Assembly (NCBI GenBank): GCA_965262725.1
Contig: OZ253555.1
Span: 3,360,001 to 3,424,000 of the forward strand
Length of the DNA: 64,000 nt
Origin: Dehalococcoidia bacterium
GTDB taxonomy: Bacteria > Chloroflexota > Dehalococcoidia > UBA2979
Reading direction: 5' to 3'
Shown here: one piece after another, positions 9,679 through 21,779 of the stretch
Layout of the letters: the number at the start of each line of letters is the position of its first letter
Position numbering within the stretch: position 1 is the first letter of the stretch
The notes under the pieces: model-generated
Databases searched by the model: none
Seen by the model: the letters and a program-made list of their open reading frames with translations, nothing else
Told to the model about the DNA's origin: nothing
Position numbers and translations under genes: made by a program

Positions 9679-12600
9679 CTGACGGTCGCGGTGTCCGCGA
9701 GCCTCAGCGCACCGTTGTCGGTGACGGTGAGGGTCAGGGTGATGCTCTGCTCAGCGTTGGTCTTCGCAGGCGCGGTCCACGTCGTGTCGAGGACAGCAGC
9801 GTTCGCGAAACGTCCCCCTCCATCGCTGGCCCATGCGTAGGTCAGGCGGTCGCCCTCGGGGTCCGTCGCGGTGCCATCCAGGCTCACCGAGCCGCCACCG
9901 TTGACCGTGGTGGACAGAGGGGACGCCGAGACCTGCGGGGCCCGGTTGGCTCGCACGGTGAACCGGACCGTGTCGGTGGAGGAGGCGTTGACCTCATCGG
10001 TGACCGTCAGGGTGAGGGTGATGTCCTGGGCCGCGCCGGTGGCGGCCGGCGCCGTCCACGTCGTGCTCAGCGCGGAGCCATCAGCGAACGTGCCCCTGCC
10101 CGAACTGGTCCAAGCGTAGCTCAGGCTATCGAGATCGGGGTCACTCGCGGTCGCGATGAGCATGACGGCGCCGCGTCCGTTCACGGTGGCCGGCGCGCTC
10201 GCGATCGAGGCGGTTGGTGGCTCGTTGGCCCGCACCGCGACGCTGACCGTCGCCGTGTCCACCAGCCTCCCCGCGCCGTTGTCCGTGACGGTGAGGGTCA
10301 GGACGATGCTCTGGAGGGCGTTGGTCTTTGCGGGCGCGGTCCACGTCGTGTCGAGGGCGGCGGCGTTCACGAAGCGGCCCCCGCCGTTGCTGGTCCAGTC
10401 GTAGGTCAGGCGGTCGCCCTCGGGATCGGTCACCGTGCCGTCGAGCGTGACCGAACCTCCGCCATCGACCGTCGTGTTGACCGGAGTGACCGAGACCTGC
10501 GGAGCCTGGTTCGCACGCACTTCGACCTGGAGCGTGTCGGTGGCGGACGCGTCGCCGGCATCGGTGACCATGAGCGTCAGCGTGATGTCCTGCGTGTCGG
10601 CGGTGGCGGCGGGCGCGGTCCAGGTCGTGCTCAGGGCCGAGGCGGCCGTGAAGGTGCCCCCGCCCGAGCTGGTCCACTCGTGGGTCAGGTCATCCATCTC
10701 CGGGTCGTTCGCCGTGGCGGTGAGCATCACGGCGCCGCGTCCGTTCACGGTGGCAGGGGCCGTCGCGATCGAGGCGGTCGGCGCCTGGTTGGGCCGCACC
10801 GTGACCCGGACGGTCACGGTGCCGGTGAGGGTTCCGGCGCCGTCGTCGGTGACGGTGAGGATCAGGACGATGTGCTGGGCGACGTTGGTCTTCGCCGGCG
10901 CGGTCCAGGTGGTGTCGAGGGCGTTCGCATGCGCGAAGGTGCCCCCGCCCGAGCTCGTCCACCTATAGGTCAGGGCGTCCGACTCCGCGTCGGTTGCCGT
11001 CCCGTCCAGGGTGACGGTCCCCCCCGCGTCGACGATGGCGGGCGTCGCGCTGACGCTCGCGGTTGGCGCGGTGTTCGTCGCGGATGCGCTCACCGTCACC
11101 ATCACGGGCGCGCTGCGGGTCGCTTCCCCACCGTCGACGACCGCAGCCACCTGGTAGGTGTAGGTGCCGGCGCCCAGGCCGGAGTCCGCGTAGTCGAGCG
11201 CGTCGAGGTCCTCGGCTTCGGCGACGCCGTCGCGATGGACCGTGTAGGTGACATCCGGCCGCGGGGACCAGGAGCCTGCGTCCACGGCAGCCCAGGTCAC
11301 GATCACCTGTTCCCTGCCAGCCTCGGTCGTCACCGTCGGACCGGCGCGAAGCTGGTGGCCGAACTCCTGCCAGGTCTTGTCGCCGTCGCCGTCGAAGTCG
11401 ACCGCCAGGGCCGGGTACTGCGAGGAGGTTCCAAAGTCCCAGGGGTCGTCGGCCCGGCGGTCGCCATCGACATCCAGGTTCCAGGTCCCGTAGATCCCGC
11501 TGTAGCCCCTCGGCGCTTGCAACGCGGCCGTGGACCGCCCCCCTGTGATGCCGGAGGTCGTCGAATCCCAGTAGCTCGCGTTGATCTCGTTATCGCCGGA
11601 CCGCTCGTCCTCCCCGACCAGGCCCCCCACGTTGCGGTCGAAGCTGCTAGTTTTCGCTGATGTCGATGCCGGGCCGGTCGAGTAGCTGGCGGTGATGACT
11701 CCGGCGTTGGTACCGACGAGCCCGCCGACATCATCGCTTCCCGAAACGCGGCCCGTGGCATAGCTGGCGTAGATTCCCGAACCCCGGTCGTTTCTCCCAA
11801 CCAGCCCGCCCCCGCCCACCGCGGCCCCCGCCACCGCCCCCGTCGCATAGCTGGCGCTGATGGTTCCGCCACCGTTCCAACCAACGAGTCCACCCGAGGG
11901 GTAGCCCGAGACTCTGCCGGTCGCGTAGCTGAAGGTGATGGGGCCGCCGTTCGCCCCAACCAGGCCTCCGACCCCCGGGAACACGAACGACACATCCGGG
12001 TCGTCGAAGTTCCCCTCGTACGTGACCGTCGCGAAGCTGCTACTGCGGGTGATGCTCCCCGAGTAGTTGTCTCCCACCAGTCCACCGACCGCGTCGTCAC
12101 CCCGCACCCTGCCTGACGTGTGGCTGCCGACCACGGAGCCGTAGTTGATGCCGACCAGCCCGCCGACGGCATCGTTTCCCGTCACGTCCACGTCGGTGAC
12201 GTTGAGGTTGCGGATGACACCTCCCAGCGCACCGAACAGGCCTGTGTACGACTCCGACTTTCTCGAGATAAAGAGGTTGGCAATGGTGTGACCATTCCCG
12301 TCGAAGGTCGCCCTGAAGGAGCCGAACGTGAGGAATCTGGATGCGCCGAGTGGCAGCCAGCCGGCGCCATCGTTCCAGTACGTGTCTCCGGCGTCGGCTG
12401 CGCCGCTCCCGTCGGTATCGAAATCCAGGTCCGCCATGAGCTCATACCCCTGGCATCCCTCAGAGCCGCAACCCAGGTAGTCGATGGCATCGGGGAACGC
12501 GAGGGCGTGCAGCGCCGCGTCGGCCGGGACAGACTGCCCGCTCAGGTTGTGACGCACCGCATCCAGCTGGGCCAGCGTCCGAATCTCGATCAGCCCATCC

Positions 12601-15600
12601 CCATCGGGGTCGTAGTCCCTGCCCACGGTCACGGTGAAGCGCTGCGTTGCGCTCGGGTTGGACGAGACGGTGTCGGTGGCGGTGACCGTGATGATCGACC
12701 GGCCTGCGGTGCCGGGCGTGATCGTGACCATCGAGCCCGACACGCTCACGGTGGCGACCGAGGTCTGTGACGAAGCGGCCGCGTAGGTCAGTGCGTCGCT
12801 GTCCGTGAACGAACGCGCGACGTCCACCATCACCCCGTCGGCGGCCACGAGGAGCGTGAGATCCGCCAGCGTTCCCACCGGCAGCGGCGGTTGATTCGCC
12901 GCGCCCGCGGTCACGGGAGCCGGTGCGCTGCGCACGACTTCGCCGCCGTCGATCACCGCAGCCAGCTGGTACGTGTAACGGATCCCCGTCGCCACCCCCG
13001 TGTCGGTGTACGTGGTGCCGCTCAGCGCATCAGCAAGGGCCGTGACAGTGGCGCCGTTGTCGCGGTAGAGCGTGTAGGTGACCGTTGGCGGCGGGCTCCA
13101 CTGACTCACGCTCGGCGCGGTCCAGCTCAGGGCAACCTGGGCCTGACCTCCCACCGTCGTCGCCGTCAGTGGGAGTGCCGCCCGGAACTGGTAGCCGAAC
13201 TCCTGCCAAGTCTGCCTGTTGTCGCCGCTCAGGTCCACCGAGAGGGCCGGGTACTGCATCGCCGTGCCGAAGTCCCACGGGTCGTCGGGCACGCGGTCGC
13301 CGAAGTCCCCGCCGAAGTCGACGTTCCACGAGCGGTAGATGCCGGTGTAGCCCGTCGGCGCCTGCAGCGCAGCAGTGGCCAGACCCATGGTCCCGACCCT
13401 GCGCAGCTCGTCGCCGTCGATCGCGCCATTGTCGCTCGCGTCGTCCTCGCCGACCCCAACGCGCAGCCCGGAGACCTCCACATCCCAGTAGCTCGGCGGG
13501 GAGAACCTGACTGTGCGGCCCGAGCCGACGAGCCCGCCGACGGCCGTCGTACCGGAGACTATCCCGGTCGCGTAGCTGGCCTCGATGATGCCGCACGAGT
13601 GCCCGGCGAGCCCGCCGACGCCTCCACCGGTGCTGGTCGAGGCCGGGGCGAGGCCAAGGTACCCGCAGACAATGAATCCCGAAGCCGAGGACGAGAGGCG
13701 AGCTCCCACGCCGGAGACGGGTCCCGTGGCGTAACTCGCCTCGATCAGCTGCTGGAAGTCGCTCGTGGCCCCGACCAGGCCGCCAACGGCATTCGTGCCG
13801 GACACACGCCCGGTGGCGTAGCTCGCCGTGATCCTGTTGAGGATGTGATGCCCGACCAACCCTCCAACGGCCTCGTCGCCGGATACGCGGACGGCGGCGT
13901 AGCTGTTGATCACGTTGCCCGAAGACTCGCCTACGAGGCCGCCTACCCGGTCGCCACCCGCCACGCCGCCCGTGGCATGGCTGCCTACCACCGTCAAGTA
14001 GGTCGAACGCCCGATCAGGGCGCCGACGGCATCCTTCCCCGTCACGTCGACGTTGGCGAGACCGACACCACGAACGAGCGCATTGCCGTCACGGTGGACT
14101 TCGCCGAAGAGCCCGATCCCGTCCTCCGTTGGGCGGTTGATGAAGAGGTTGCTCAGCGTGTGTCCGTGGCCCTCGAATGTCGCGGTAAAGAGCTCGTCTT
14201 CGCTGCCTATCGGTGACCAGCCGGCGCCGTCGTTCCAGTAGGTGTCGCCCGCTACGCTGGTCGCCCCACTGCCGTCGGTGTCAAAATCCAGATCCGCGGA
14301 CAGCTCGTAGCCGGTGCAGCCGTCGGGACACCCCATCTCCAGCGCGCTCATGGCGAACGCCCCCGCGGCGTAGTACGGGCGCCACGTCGCGCCATCGACG
14401 ATGCCGTCTCCGTTCAGGTCGTATCGCATGGCGTCGAGCTGGGCCAGGTTGGAAACCTCGATGAGGCCGTCGTTGTCCGCGTCGTAATCCCTGCTGCCCG
14501 CCGTGACGGTGACCGTGAAGCTGGCCGTCGCGGCCAGGCCCTTGAGGTCGGTCGCGCGGACCCTGACCGCACTGCGGCCCGGGGACCCCGGCGTCAGCGT
14601 CAGCTGGGTTCCGCTCAGCGTCGCCGTCAGCCGGTCTGGATCGCTCGACACCACCGTGTAGGTCAGCGTGTCCGTTGCCGCATCGGTGAAGGTACTCGCC
14701 AGATCAACGGTGACCGCGTCCGAGCCCGGGGCCAGCGTTCGGTCGACGAGCGTGGTCGTCACGGTGGGGGCCCGGTTGCGGCTCGCTGCGGCAACGGCGA
14801 GCCCATCGACCGCACCCGGCGCCATCACGATTCCGGCGCCGCTGTCCCGGTCGGTCCCGTCCGCCTCGATGTCCACAACCGCGGTCGTCGCCGTCATCGC
14901 CGTGCGGAGCTCCGCAAGGGTCACCTCCTTCGGACCCCCGGCAGCCTCGACCATCAGGGCCGCGATGGCCGCCGCGTGCGGCGCCGCAGCCGATGTGCCG
15001 CAGAACGTCGAGAAGCCGGGCGTCGCGGTCGACACACACGCGGCGGCGGCGAGGTCAGGCTTCTGCACCACCCGCCCGCCGGTCGAGGAGAAATTGCCCG
15101 CCGTGATCGGCGTACCGTCCGGCTCGAAGAAGAGCCGGCTCGGTCCGTCCGAGCTGGTCGTCCTGACAGACTCCGTTCCGTCGAAGACACCGCCGGCGCC
15201 GCCCGCGGTGCGCACATCAACCTGCCCGACGCCAATCGCGTTCTGCGCCGCTGGGTGCCCATACGTGTTGCCCGCGGTCGCAATCTCCAGCTGCCTCTCG
15301 AATGTCTGGAGGCGGAGATAGCGGTCCGCGCCGGAGACCTTCACGATGACCAGCCGCGCGTCGCTGTACGGGAAGATTCCCGAAGATATGGTCTCGATTG
15401 GATCCTGGGTGCCGTCCTGCGTGTCCGTAGAACTCGCACGTACGTTGCCGTCGCCATCAACCAGGAACAGGTCGTAGTCGTTTGCGGACGCCCCGAGAGG
15501 GTCGGCCCACTGCAGAACGACGGTGCCGGAGAACGACCTCACGACAGGGTTCTCCTCCTTGCCGCTACCGAAGTCGTGGCGGACGCCGACCGTCTCGCCT

Positions 15601-18026
15601 TCCACGGTCAGTGAACTCCCCGCCGCGTAGTCGCCCTCCCAGACCCCGGACGTGCTGTCGTTCAGATTCCCGTCATTGCCGGCCGCCGAGAAGAAGTAGC
15701 ACCCATCGGCCACCGCCGCGTTTACTCCCTGAGCGACGATGCCGTCCTGAAAAGCGGCTTCCACGAAGTAGCCGGTATCGTCGACGATCACATTGGCGCC
15801 GGCGTCGCACAGCGCCTCGATGTTCGCCGCCAATTGCGCCTGCCCACCGAACCCTGTCGCGAAGTACAGGTCCGCGCCCGGGGCGAGGTCGTGGACGATC
15901 TCGAGCATCGCCGTTCCCTCGTCGCCCGATCCCTCCCGACCCGGCAGCACGATGACCTGGGCCGGAACGTCGCCTGACGCCTGGCGGGCGGCGAGCGTCT
16001 CGACCCCACTCGAGATCACGCCGATACCGATGCCAGCGCCGGTGACGCTGTGCGTCGTGCGCGCCGCGCGCGCCCGGTGGGCGGTGTCGCCCTCGGACGT
16101 GTTGGTCTTGCGCGTGACGGCTTCGTCGGCCGGGCGGATCGAGTCGACTGCCTCGAGGCTGGCGAGTGACTCCACGGTCACGAGTGGGAGTACCGCCCGG
16201 ATCGCCCGGTACTGCGGGACGCTGTTGATCACCGTGCCGCCCAGTGCGCGGATGCGCGCCAGGACGGCGGGTGTCACGTCTGCGCGGATGTCGACCGTCA
16301 CCAGCTCGGACCGGTCCACCGTTCCCGTGGGTTCCAGCTGCTGACCGGCTGGCCGAGACGGTACCTGTGACTGAATCCCCCCGCCTCCTGCATCACGGGC
16401 CGAGTTGCCCGACGGCGGTTGCCGCACCGGCTCTTCGTCCTCCAGGGGGGGTTGCGCAGCTCCTGCCTCGCCCAGGAACTGCGAACTCACCTTCCGCTGT
16501 GCGGCGTTCCGCCGGGCCTTCGCGGCCAGCAGCGCCCCGATCTGTTGCGTGGCTGTCGCTGAAAGGGACGCACTGCCTTCCGCTGTCGAACCACGCACGC
16601 TGGGTGTGGCGGTGGAGTCATTCCCGAGGACCCGGCCGCTGAACGAGGCTGCGTCATTGCCCGCGCGATCCTGAATGGCAGCCTCGTCGTTCCCGCTTGA
16701 GGGATCGGCGTAGCTCACTGAGACCGCCTGTCCCTGCCGGATCGCCGGAACTAGGCTGACCAGGAAGACAGACTGCGGATGGCCGGGGATCACCTGGACG
16801 CCCCCCACCGCGATCGAGACGCCATCGGCCGTCACGCTGAAGGCGCTTACCGTCGGTCGCTTGCCTGCGCCGAGGTCGAGTGGTTCGTTGAACTGCAGTT
16901 CCAGAGTGTCGCCGGTGGCGCCCACTGCACCGGAGGCCAGGCGCGGGGGAGTGCGGTCGTCGGTGGTTGCGCTGGCGACGTTCGAGGGAGCCCCCGTGCC
17001 AGCCGAGTTGATGGCCGAGACCCGGTAGTGCCACCTCGCTCCGGGCACAAGGTCGGTGTGGGCGTGCGCCGTGGCGGTGCGTTCCGTATTGGCAGCCAGG
17101 TCGGCCCAGCTCGTCCCGCCGTCGGCGGATACTTCGATCCGGTAGCCGAGGAGCGAGGAGGCGTCGGCGCCTTCCGGCTCTGTCCACGACAGGACGACCA
17201 GCGTCTCGCCAGCAGCCACGGCCGTGAGGTCCCTCGGCGGATCCGGTAGTGCGGGCGTTGGATCGGGAGCGGCTGGGAGGACAGCGTCGAAGAAGCTGCT
17301 GCGCTCGCTCAGACCGACACTGTTGCGGGCCGTGACCCGGTAGACGTAGCTGGTTCCGGCCTCGACCAGGGTGTCCACGTACAACGTGGCCGAGCTGTTG
17401 GTGTCGTCGACATGGACGATGAACTCGCCGGGTTCGTGGATGCCAGGCTGGCGGCGCAGGACCTGGTAACTGGTGATCGATGGGTCCGCCGGGTCGTCCC
17501 AGGAGAGAGAGACGGACTCGTGGGTGAAGGTTCCGGTGAGACCGGTGGGCCTCGCCGGCAGTCCGGGCGTGGGAGGGGCTGGGAGGACGGCGTTGAAGAA
17601 GCTGCTGCGCTCACTCAGCCCGAAGCTGTTGCGTGCCTTGACCCGGTAGACGTAGCGGGCTTCGGCCTCGACCACGGTGTCCACGTAAGACGTAGCCGAG
17701 CTGTTGGCGTCGTCGACGTGGACGATGAACTCGCCAGGGTCGTGGACGCCGACCTGGCGGCGCAGGATCTGGTAGCTGGTGATCGATGGGTCCCCTGGGT
17801 CGTCCCAGGAGAGGGAGACGGACTCGTGGGTGAAGGTTCCGGTGAGACCGGTGGGCATCGCCGGCGGCCCGGACTGTGGAACCTGCGCGTCCACGGGGCC
17901 GCTCATCCCCCAGACCGCCCCCGCGATCAAGAACGCGACGACCGCCAGGAGGATGAGGCGACTCACGGGTGGCCAAACCGCGAGGGGCAATCGCCTGACG
18001 ACGCGTGAAGGAGCCAGGCTACCCAT
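9679..18026 (-). CDS. N-terminal part of a giant secreted protein (3 FN3, Ig/SwmB-like, S8/S53-like peptidase, two GLUG-rich regions, FN3, 5 Ig/PKD-like repeats), interrupted by IS256
   Basis: Signal peptide (LILLAVVAFLIAGAVWG); FN3 motifs SLSWDDP..YVYRVKARN; EGTAMLEIVHDLAPGA, SAAGNDG and GTSAAAPH; many VGGLVG motifs; LDTTWTAP repeats. Confidence 0.9.
17279..17860. repeat. 300-bp tandem duplication encoding two near-identical FN3 domains
   Basis: PTGLTGTFTHESVSLSWDDP..GLSERSSFF occurs twice at 300-bp spacing with high DNA identity. Confidence 0.9.
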
Positions 18027-18069
18027 CGAATTCGGTGCCCTGCGAGAGCTCGCTCAGCGTCAGCGAAGG

Positions 18070-18408
18070 TCTTGTCGGCGGCCGGGTAGGCATTGCCCCG
18101 GTCGGTCTCGTTGTCCTCAGTCCATGAGAGATGGTCGGACTCAACCGGAGCCCAGCTCATGCGGTAGTCGGAGGGCGCCGGGCTGGGCGCGTTCCAGGAG
18201 ACAACGAGGGTTCCGGGGAATCGGTGGTCAGCGTCAGGCCGCTGATGGCGCCATCGGCTTGCTGAGCCTGCGCAACCGCGAAGACGCCCAGGAAGGTCAC
18301 AACGGCCAGCAGCAGAACCGCCAGCGTCGGGGCGGGGAGTGGCCAGGACCTGCTCGGGCGCACCCCAATGTCAGCTGCTCGGTGGAGCTGGCCGGAGGCC
18401 TTCTTCAC
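18070..18408 (-). pseudogene. N-terminal remnant of another secreted FN3 protein
   Basis: Signal peptide LAVLLLAVVTFLGVFAVAQA, then GAISGLTLTTDSP, a frameshift, and SWNAPSPAPSDYRMSWAP; truncated. Confidence 0.65.
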
Positions 18409-18778
18409 AGATTACGTTCCGCGAGGATCCGCGAGGATCGCTGTCCGAGCACGGCAAGCCGGAAGGGTGTGGGCGGCGTTGGAACCCAGGAGGTCATGAC
18501 CGAGCCTGTAGGGCCCAATGACCCCGGGTTCAACACAGGCCACTCCATCCACGCAAGGCACGTCGCTGTCCCGCCTGTTCGACTCCATGGGCTGCCGTGA
18601 AAGGAATTCTAGCGAGAGGATGTGTAACCAGAGATCAACGGGAGACAGCTAAAGTTGAAACTTCGGTACAATCCGCCTGGATCCGCTGCCGGGCGACCCG
18701 TATCGCGACGGCGCGTGCTGCTCAGGGCGGGGCTACGCCCGCCGGCATCCACCATCCGGGCTCCGAACGAGGTGGGAC

Positions 18779-19290
18779 ATGACCCAGTTCAGCGACCTAG
18801 AGCGCGAGAACCGGGCCCTCCGTGAGCGCCTCTCGCGTCTCAGCGAGGCCAGCCTCCGCATCAACGAGAGCCTCGAGTTCGACACCGTCCTGCAGGAGGT
18901 GCTGGACAGCGCGCGCGTGCTCAGCGGCGCCAGCTACGGCGTCATCACCCTCTTCAACGACTCGGGAGCGGTCGCCGCGTTCCTCGCTTCCGGTATCACG
19001 CCGGAGGAGGCGGAGAGCGTCTGGGCGATGGCTCACGGACCGCAGTTCCTGGAGCACCTCCGCAGCTTGTCGGTGCCCGTGCGCACCGCCGTTTGACCAG
19101 CTAAGCCCACTCCATAGGCCTGGCCGATTTCAGCCCGCTGGCGGGCGCGGGCGCCTTCATGTCGGACCCCATCCGGCACCGGCCGGGGTCTCGGCGCCAT
19201 CTGCCTCCCGAAGAAGGAACCCGATCCCGAGTTCAGCCGCGAGGACGAAGAGACGCTCGTGACCTTCGCCTCCCAGGCCGCCCGCGGTCA
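18779..19290 (+). pseudogene. GAF-domain sensor/regulator gene remnant
   Basis: MTQFSDLERENRALRERLSRLSEASLRINESLEFDTVLQEVLDSAR..; frameshifts; later FSREDEETLVTFASQAA, then truncation. Confidence 0.8.
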
Positions 19291-19441
19291 CTTCACTGAC
19301 GCCCTCCCGCAGCCACTCGGCGACCACGAGGTCGAGCAGCGCCACCTGCCTCTTGACCCGCCACCAATTCCGTCCCGGTCTGAGCCGCGAAGAGCCGCTG
19401 GTCCGGCCTGGGGCCCCGTACCACTGCGGTGGCTACCGGCC

Positions 19442-20326
19442 TCAGCGATCGCCGTGCCCCTCGCTCTTCGCGACCAGGGGCGTCATGAGTGGCAGACCGT
19501 CGGCGAACAGGTTACGGAAGGGCTGGGTCACGAAGTCCGGCGCGCCGAGGATGTAGGAGACGAACTCACCCTCGCTCAGTGTGTACAGGGCGGTGACGTC
19601 CATGCTCTCCGCGCAGACGACCAACTCCTCAACACTGCCGCCCTCGTAGACGACGAGGCTGAAGCCCTCGGCGACGGCGCCGCGCACGCACTCCGGCCAC
19701 GACTGCTGCCCACCGTCGTCCAGGTCATCCCCGAACGGGTCCGCCGAGGGCGGCCCGTTGCTCCCGGCCACCAGCGGCGTGATGGGCGGCAGGCTATCGG
19801 GGAACAGCTCCACGAACCCCGCGTTCACGAAGTCCGGCGCGCCGAGGATGTACGAGACGTAGACACCGCCGTGCAGGGCGTAGAGGGACACGATGCCCCG
19901 GCTCTCCGCGCAGGTGACCAGCTCCTCGACGCTGCCCCCCTCGTAGACGACGAGGCTCAACCCCTCGGAGACCGCTCCGCGCAGGCAGTGCGGCCAGGGA
20001 TCGCGGGCCGGATCCCACCCTGTCTCGGGGAACCACACGCGGTAGGTCTTGCTCCGGCTGCCGTCTTGCGAGGTGACGATGACCGTGATCTCGCCGAGGT
20101 CCCGGAGGGCTACCGGGTGGCCGTTCGCGTCGTCGCCGTCGGCATCGGGCGGGTCGATGGCGACATCCGTGCAGGGCTGCATCGCCTCGGCCTCGACGGG
20201 CGTCTCCGTCAGGCCCTCGTCCGGGGTTCCCTTGTAGTCGGTCCGGCCGGGGTCGAACTCCCCGATGTCTACGCCGCTGAGCGTGAGTGAAGCGAGACGC
20301 GCGGCGATCGCCTCCGGCATGTTGTA
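19442..20326 (-). CDS. Orphan C-terminal fragment: cadherin-like domain plus two C-terminal repeats
   Basis: ARLASLTLSGVDIGEFDP; two C(L/V)RG..SLVVYEGGS..YILGAPDFV..F..GLP repeats; N-terminus missing. Confidence 0.75.
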   Translation of the reverse strand, partial: YNMPEAIAARLASLTLSGVDIGEFDPGRTDYKGTPDEGLTETPVEAEAMQPCTDVAIDPPDADGDDANGHPVALRDLGEITVIVTSQDGSRSKTYRVWFPETGWDPARDPWPHCLRGAVSEGLSLVVYEGGSVEELVTCAESRGIVSLYALHGGVYVSYILGAPDFVNAGFVELFPDSLPPITPLVAGSNGPPSADPFGDDLDDGGQQSWPECVRGAVAEGFSLVVYEGGSVEELVVCAESMDVTALYTLSEGEFVSYILGAPDFVTQPFRNLFADGLPLMTPLVAKSEGHGDR

Positions 20327-20343
20327 GCTGTGCTTATTGCCGG

Positions 20344-21098
20344 CTACTGGCCGGGCCCGCTGACGATGAACTCCAGCGGGCTGGACAGCATCCTCTTGTC
20401 ATCGGTGCAGATGGCCCCCTGCGCGTCGCAGTCCTCGGTGACGGGCAGCTCGACGGTGACATCGCCGTTGGAGTCCGGTTTGACGACGATCTCCCAGCCG
20501 ATGTTGCTGGGCGGGTTCAAGCGGCGCGCGCCTGTTACCGAGCCCCCCGTCACCGTGAACGCATGGCCGCGCATCGTGGTGTAGCTGAAGCCCGATTTGG
20601 GCTCCTCGCTGAGAGCGATCCTGATTCTGAATTCGTCGCTGCCGTTGTGGGACGCTGGGACGCTTTCGAGACTTGCCGTCAGCGGAGGCCCCTTGACGAT
20701 GAATTTCAGCGGGCTGGACAGCATCGTCCCGTCATCGGTGCAGATGGCGCCCTGCGCCTCGCAGTCCGTGGTGACTGGCAGCTCGACGGTGACGTCCGCG
20801 TTGGAGTCCGGGCTGACGCTGATCTCCCACCGGATGTTGGGGGTGTCGCTGTCCCTGTTCAGCTGCCGGGCCCCCGCCACCTTGCCTCTCGTCACCGTGA
20901 ACGCATGGTCCCGCAGCGTCTGGTAGCTGAGCGAGAACTCCTCGCTGAACCGCAGTTCGAATTTGAACGCGGCCTGCCCGTTGTGCGACTCAGGCTTGTC
21001 GTGGATGGCGGCCGTCAGCGGCGTCTCCGCAGGCTCCTGCGCCTCCTGCGCCTCCTGCGCCTCTTGCTTCTCCGTCGACCCCAGAGACGTCTTCGGCT
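20344..21098 (-). pseudogene. 3' exon of an intron-interrupted surface-protein gene, with two ~110-aa repeats
   Basis: PLTA..P.SHNG..FSEE..SY.T.R.HAFTVT..WEI.V.PDSN.DVTVELPVT.DC.AQGAICTDD..MLSSPL twice; a 9-bp repeat encoding QEA three times lies near the splice junction. Confidence 0.75.
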
Positions 21099-21687
21099 GT
21101 TCGCGGTAGGGATGCCGGTTGCCCGGCACCCCCCGCACAGATCCGGACGTGCCCTCTCGGGCATCCGGCTCCTACCTCAAGTGCGTGACGGCGAATCGCT
21201 CCGCAGGCCACGGGTGAAGGATGGAGATTCGGGGCCAGTGTTCCTGGCACAGGGCAAGGATGCGCTCCCACGTGAAACGGTCGCGCTGCGACCGCCGTCG
21301 GAGAACGCGCAGCCAGAGCCGCTTCACGAAACGAACAAACCGCGTGAGCGCCGGCGAGCTGGTCGGCACCGCGTAGTAGCCAAGCCACCCACGCAGTACC
21401 CGCCCCAGCCACTGCCCCGTCGTCACGGGGTTGTCGTGCATGCGCCGCCACAACTCGGCCTTGATGGCCTTCAGCGTCCGGCGCATCCGCTTCGCAACGG
21501 GCTTGCGCCCCAGCCCGAATCTCCCGTCACGTCGGGTCCGGCAGTAGTGCGTCATGCCGAGAAAGTCGAACGTTTCCGGTCGGCCCTCCCCGCGCTTCCG
21601 CCTGTTCGCCAGCGCGAACCTGCCGAACTCAAGTAGACGGGTCTTCTCCGGGTGCAGCTCCAGCCCGTAGGCCGCGAACCGCTCCCG
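21099..21687 (-). mobile_element. Group II intron 3' part (maturase C-terminus, domains V and VI), truncated by IS21
   Basis: 21499-21687 matches 1-189 with one mismatch. Domain V GAGCCGGATGCCCGAGAGGGCACGTCCGGATC; domain VI ends CCCTACCGCGAAC. The ORF stops at 21172 with no HNH domain. Confidence 0.92.
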
Positions 21688-21779
21688 TGGGAATGATGCT
21701 CTGAATTGGCCCCACCCCCGACCCATCCAGGACCTACGCTCGGGTGACTGCATGACTCCCGGAGCGAGGGAAGAGGAGT

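Noticed and set aside
6540-11070. CRISPR-like periodic repeats (GCGGTCCAGGTCGTGTCGAG)
   Set aside because: The ~290-bp period corresponds to coding Ig-like repeats (LDTTWTAP); no cas genes.
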